NCBI GenBank assembly: GCA_034670305.1
Contig: JAXMNT010000023.1
Span: forward strand, 47,986 to 111,985
Origin: Deltaproteobacteria bacterium
GTDB lineage: Bacteria; Myxococcota_A; Polyangia; Polyangiales; Houyiibacteriaceae
Reading direction: 5' to 3'
DNA length: 64,000 nt
Shown here: piece after piece, positions 57,242 through 64,000 of the stretch
Numbering within the stretch: the first letter of the stretch is position 1
Layout: each line of letters begins with the position of its first letter
Translations under genes and position numbers: made by a program
Notes under the pieces: model-generated
What the model was told of the DNA's origin: nothing
The model's input: only the letters and a program-made list of their open reading frames with translations
The model's database searches: none

Positions 57242-59062
57242 ATGTCTCGCAAGCGGACACCGATCGTCGTGCCGGCACTGCTCTCGCTCTTGGCGTTGCC
57301 GTTCTGCGGGTACCTGGCGGGCCAACGCGTGCCGCCCCCGGCGATCGCGCAGACCGACTACGACCCGCAGCGCGCGACCGAACACAACTTGCTGCGCGAG
57401 TGGGGCCTCGAGCAGACCGACGAAGGCATCGCCGAGATCGACGGGCCAGTCGGCGAGCCGCTGTGGACCCTCGACCTCGAGGTCGCGCCCGGTGAGTGCG
57501 TGGGTCTGGTCACCGCTGCGGAGACCTCCTACCCGCCACGTCTCGACTTCGTGCGGGGCGACGAGGTCGTCGTCGACACCGTCGGGCGCGAGGGGCACCT
57601 CTCCACGTTGACCTACTGCGCGAGTCCCATGGGCAGCGAGTCCGACACGATCACCGCGCGGCTTCGCTACGGACGTGCCTATCAGGGCGGCTTCCACGGC
57701 AAAGACGGGGACGACCGCGCGGGACAGGTCCGTCACTGGCTCTACCGCGGCCACTCCGCGACGTTCGACTTCTTCACGCTCCCGCGAGGGGTCGCGAACG
57801 AGGAGATGCGCCAAGACCGCTGGGTCCGCGAGACGATCGGCTGGGCCCGGACGCTGGACGAAGAAAACGTCCTGGATGGAGAAACCCTGTTCGGGCCGAA
57901 CGAACTCACCTTGGACGGTGGCGCCCTGCTCCTCCCCGCCACCCCGGCGACCTACCGGACGCTGCAGTTGGCGGCGCTGCTCGACACGACCCGAGAGGTC
58001 GGCGACTACCGTCCGCGCGTCGCCTCGAACTCCCCCCGGCTCGGCACGCTCGCGTTCGATCCGTCGGGTCGGCGCGATCCGGTCGCGCGGGTGCAACTCT
58101 CCAACCACCGGGTGCTGCTCGTGGTGGACACGAACGAACTGGGCGCGCTCGAAGAGCCCTCTCGGGACCGCTCTGGCCCGTGCGCGGTGCTTCGATTCGC
58201 GTTGATGGACGCGCACGCCACACCGCCGACGATCGTGCGCACCTCCGTGGATTCGTGGGAGTCGACGAGTCTGACGGGCGACGGGACCTTCACGACGGAT
58301 CGGCTCTGCCCTGGAGAAGGCCTCGTCTACTACACGGTCGATTACACGGCGCAGATCCCCTACGTGCTTCGGGTCCACCACGGCAGCGCAGAAGCGGTGC
58401 GCGGTCGCACCAGCGTGCCGACCCTGCCCCCGCCTCCCGCGCTGACGCGTTTGCGGGCGGAGTGCGCAGACGACCAAGCGGCGTCGTGCCTGACGCTCGG
58501 GCGCTACCTGCGGGACGGCTACTTCGGGCACGTGGACGAAGTCGCGGCGCGCGAGGCGATTCGGTCTGCTTGTCTCGGCGACGCACCCGGAGGTTGCCGA
58601 GACTACGCGTTCATGGTGGTCGAGGACGATCCGCGAGAGAGCCGCCGGGCGCTTCTGCGTGCCTGCGAAGGAGAGGGCGCCGTGCTCCGCGAGGGCGCAC
58701 GGCGGGCCCGCGAAGAAGTGGCGCCGCCCGAGGAGATCGCGGAGGTCGAGCCGGAGAGCGCACACGACGCGGAGATGGCGACGGCTGCAGAAGGCGCAGC
58801 CGAGGGTGGAGAGGCGGACGCGGAAGGTGCGGCTGAAGATGCGGCGGCGGGCGCCGTGCCTCGGACGCCGGACACCGAGGACGCGGCGGACGCGGCCTAC
58901 GATGCCCTTGCGTGTGTGCTGCTGGCCGACCGGTACCGCACCGGATCGGCCGACACCGAGTTCGATCTCATCGAGGCGAAACGGCTGACCCGCCTCGCCT
59001 GCGACGGCGGCAACCAGCCCGCATGCGAGCGAATCAACACCTTCGCGCTGCTCGAACTCTGA
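57242..59062 (+). CDS. Secreted protein with C-terminal Sel1-like (Cys-bridged) repeats
   Basis: ASCLTLGRYLRDG, RSACLGDAPGGC, ACVLLADRYRTG, LACDGGNQPAC. Confidence 0.7.
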   Translation: MSRKRTPIVVPALLSLLALPFCGYLAGQRVPPPAIAQTDYDPQRATEHNLLREWGLEQTDEGIAEIDGPVGEPLWTLDLEVAPGECVGLVTAAETSYPPRLDFVRGDEVVVDTVGREGHLSTLTYCASPMGSESDTITARLRYGRAYQGGFHGKDGDDRAGQVRHWLYRGHSATFDFFTLPRGVANEEMRQDRWVRETIGWARTLDEENVLDGETLFGPNELTLDGGALLLPATPATYRTLQLAALLDTTREVGDYRPRVASNSPRLGTLAFDPSGRRDPVARVQLSNHRVLLVVDTNELGALEEPSRDRSGPCAVLRFALMDAHATPPTIVRTSVDSWESTSLTGDGTFTTDRLCPGEGLVYYTVDYTAQIPYVLRVHHGSAEAVRGRTSVPTLPPPPALTRLRAECADDQAASCLTLGRYLRDGYFGHVDEVAAREAIRSACLGDAPGGCRDYAFMVVEDDPRESRRALLRACEGEGAVLREGARRAREEVAPPEEIAEVEPESAHDAEMATAAEGAAEGGEADAEGAAEDAAAGAVPRTPDTEDAADAAYDALACVLLADRYRTGSADTEFDLIEAKRLTRLACDGGNQPACERINTFALLEL

Positions 59063-59206
59063 AACGAGCGGGTTTGGCTCGGATCGAGCTGCCCACCCGC
59101 AGACCGGTGGTTGCTTGCGGGGGCGGTTGACCCCAAAGACCCCCGGCGTACGACGGGGCGCGCTGTGCCACCGACGTCCCCATCAAACTGTTAGGCTCCG
59201 CTGCAC

Positions 59207-61821
<2,615 letters not shown>

Positions 61822-61825
<4 letters not shown>

Positions 61826-62520
61826 GCACGTTTCTTCCCTGGCTCCTGATCACCGGCGCGGTGGCGGCCTTCCTGTTCGCGCTCGGCAACCTTTGGGCGA
61901 GCTTCCGCGCGGCCTTCGGCGGCACCGATGGCGAAGTGCACGGGCTCGTCGAAGCGGCCTCGCGGCGCGCGCTCTTCGAAGAGAAGGACACGTTGCTCCG
62001 CCAGCTCTCCGAACTTCGATTCGACCGCGATGGCGGCAAGATCTCGGACGCCGACTTCGAGGCACTCGACCAGAAGCTGCGCGCCCGAGCCAAACAGGTC
62101 CTCCGCCTCATCGACTCCGACGTCGCGCCATTCATCTCGGAGGCGGAGGAGCGCATTCGCGAACGGCTCGGGTTCGAGGCGGCCCCCTACCGTCAGTCCG
62201 CGAAGCCGGTTTCGCACGAGGAAGAGTCCGACGCCGACGCCCAGGACGAGGACGCCCAGGACGAACCGCCGAAGCGCCGGCGGAAGACGAAGAAGTCCAA
62301 GCCGTCTCGATCCACCCGGTCCGCGGAAGACCCGCAAGACGACCCGGACGAACCCGAGTCGGCCGGGCTCGACTGTCCTGAATGCGAGACCGTCAACGAT
62401 GCCGACGCCGTCTTCTGCAAGAAGTGCGGCCACCGTTTCGAATCGGCCGCGGACGGTTCGGACGACGCGGAGGATGCGGCGTCCGAAGACGACGACGCGG
62501 CCGAGGAGGCGAACCCATGA
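61822..62520 (+). CDS. CcmI-like membrane protein with a C-terminal zinc ribbon
   Basis: ELRFDRDGGKISDADF motif; CPEC...FCKKCG; ATGA overlap with ccmF. Confidence 0.65.
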
Positions 62521-63878
62521 CCAAGCGCCTTCAGACCCTCGCCCTCGTGCTCTTCGCCCTCGGCATCGCGATGCCTGCCGCATCGCAGCCGCCGGCCGCA
62601 CCCGACGAAGCGCCCGAAGCACCGAACGACGCTCCGGCACAAGCCGACGAAGACGTGCCCGCCCGCGGACCCGCCGACGTGCTCTCCGGCACCCGTGGCC
62701 GACCCGCGGTCCCCGCGCCGACGGGCCGGCCGCGCTCGCTGGAAGTCGCGCGCGACAGGGCAAGTGCTGCGGTCCCGGTCGGCGTGATCGAGATCCTCGT
62801 CAGCACACCCGAAGGCGCGCCGGTCGAAGGTGCACCGATCCGGGTCGGCGTGATGCAACAGGACGGCGGGCGCGAGAGCCTCACCGGCGAGACCGACGCC
62901 GAGGGCCGGCTCCTGATGTCCGACCTGCCGACCGGCTCCGGCCAAGCGTACCGAGTGAACCTCTCCTACGAAGGCGCCACCTACGCATCGAACCCGTTCC
63001 GCCTCGAGCCGGACCGAGGACACCAAGTGTTCCTGCGTCAGGCGCCGGTCACCCGCGACACCAGCCGGCTGCTTCAGCGCATCGGCCAGACGATGCTCGA
63101 GTACCGCAACGAGCGGATTCACGTCACGCAACAAGCGCAGATCGACAACCTCGGACAGGAGACCGTCGTCTTCGGCGAGGACGGCTTGCACATCGATCTG
63201 CCGCGCGGCTTCACCGCGTTTCAGACCCAGCAGACGATGACCGACCAGCGGCTCATCGCCGACGACACCGGGTTCGCGTTGAAGGGGTCGCTTCCGCCCG
63301 GCCGCATCGCCCTCACGTGGGCGTTCGATCTTCCGATGGATGCCGACGCCGACGTGCACGTGCGCTTCCCGGTCCCGTTCCGCACCTGGCGCTACCGGGT
63401 CATCACCCAAGCCGCCGAAGGCATGGAACTCGAAGTCGAAGGGTTCCCGCCCTCCGAGGTCCGCGAAGGCGCGGGCCATCGATACCTCCACACCCAGCTC
63501 GAGCGGACCCCGGAGAGCCCGGAGCTCGAGCGCGTCGACATCCTGGTCAGTGGCATCCCGGGCCCCGGTCCGATCCGGTTCGCTGCGCTCGGCGGCGCGA
63601 TCATCTTGTTGCTGCTCGGACTCCTGCTCGTGACCCGCGGCGGTGACCGCAAGGGGGCGCTCGAGCGCGCCCGGCGCGAGCGCGAAGAAGAGCTGCTCGA
63701 AGAAGCGGTCGCGCTCGAAGCCGCACTCAAGGCCGAAGAGATCGGTCCCAAGTTCCGCGCGCGGCGGATGGAGGAGATCGTGGGCGAGCTCGCGTCGCTG
63801 CTCCATCTCGACGCAGGGTTCCGCCACGCCACCGGTGCCGACCGCAGCAAAGCACCCGCGAAGAAGAAGCAGAACTAG
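62517..63878 (+). CDS. Secreted/membrane-anchored ccm-cluster protein with a carboxypeptidase-regulatory-like domain
   Basis: Signal peptide, GAPVEGA...TDAEGR, C-terminal TM plus coiled coil; ATGA overlap. Confidence 0.6.
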   Translation: MTKRLQTLALVLFALGIAMPAASQPPAAPDEAPEAPNDAPAQADEDVPARGPADVLSGTRGRPAVPAPTGRPRSLEVARDRASAAVPVGVIEILVSTPEGAPVEGAPIRVGVMQQDGGRESLTGETDAEGRLLMSDLPTGSGQAYRVNLSYEGATYASNPFRLEPDRGHQVFLRQAPVTRDTSRLLQRIGQTMLEYRNERIHVTQQAQIDNLGQETVVFGEDGLHIDLPRGFTAFQTQQTMTDQRLIADDTGFALKGSLPPGRIALTWAFDLPMDADADVHVRFPVPFRTWRYRVITQAAEGMELEVEGFPPSEVREGAGHRYLHTQLERTPESPELERVDILVSGIPGPGPIRFAALGGAIILLLLGLLLVTRGGDRKGALERARREREEELLEEAVALEAALKAEEIGPKFRARRMEEIVGELASLLHLDAGFRHATGADRSKAPAKKKQN

Positions 63879-64000
63879 CAGGTCGCTGAAAAGCGACCTG
63901 CTCCCTTGCCGTTGCCCTTGCCCGTGCCCTTGCCCGCGTCGTGGACGCCGTGTGTTTCGCGACGGCGAGGCGCGAATCGGAGCGCGATGCCCAGCGGACG
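63875..64000. mobile_element. Second copy (left end) of the fold-back element, running off the window
   Basis: Near-identical to 31490-31614 (about five differences); its CTAG supplies the stop of the upstream gene. Confidence 0.8.

Overview
High-GC myxobacterial-looking chromosome segment (MYXO-CTERM tail, many Cys-lipoproteins with DAG/PDAG linkers, Ser/Thr kinase). Most of it is housekeeping or envelope genes: cydAB, cysK, pyk, ttcA, a 3-hydroxyacyl-CoA dehydrogenase, an S9 peptidase, GH31, glycosyltransferases, an ABC exporter, an ECF sigma/YciI pair and a ccmF-ccmH fusion cluster. The main find is an apparently complete retron system at 33957-39275. It consists of an alpha-solenoid (ARM/HEAT-like) gene coupled to a winged-helix + SWIM Zn-finger gene, then a ~250-nt msr-msd ncRNA whose a1/a2 inverted repeat and long msd hairpin can be read from the sequence, then a retron-type reverse transcriptase with a ~270-aa N-terminal extension. 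This matches the myxobacterial type XIII retron architecture; to my knowledge its effectors have no established mechanism. The window also holds several non-coding repeat families: a ~510-bp whole-length fold-back MITE-like element (31490-32003) with a second copy at the right edge and fragments elsewhere, a 53-bp palindromic element sitting in-frame inside two unrelated ORFs, and a 32-bp REP-like repeat. All calls come from reading motifs by eye; no searches were run.
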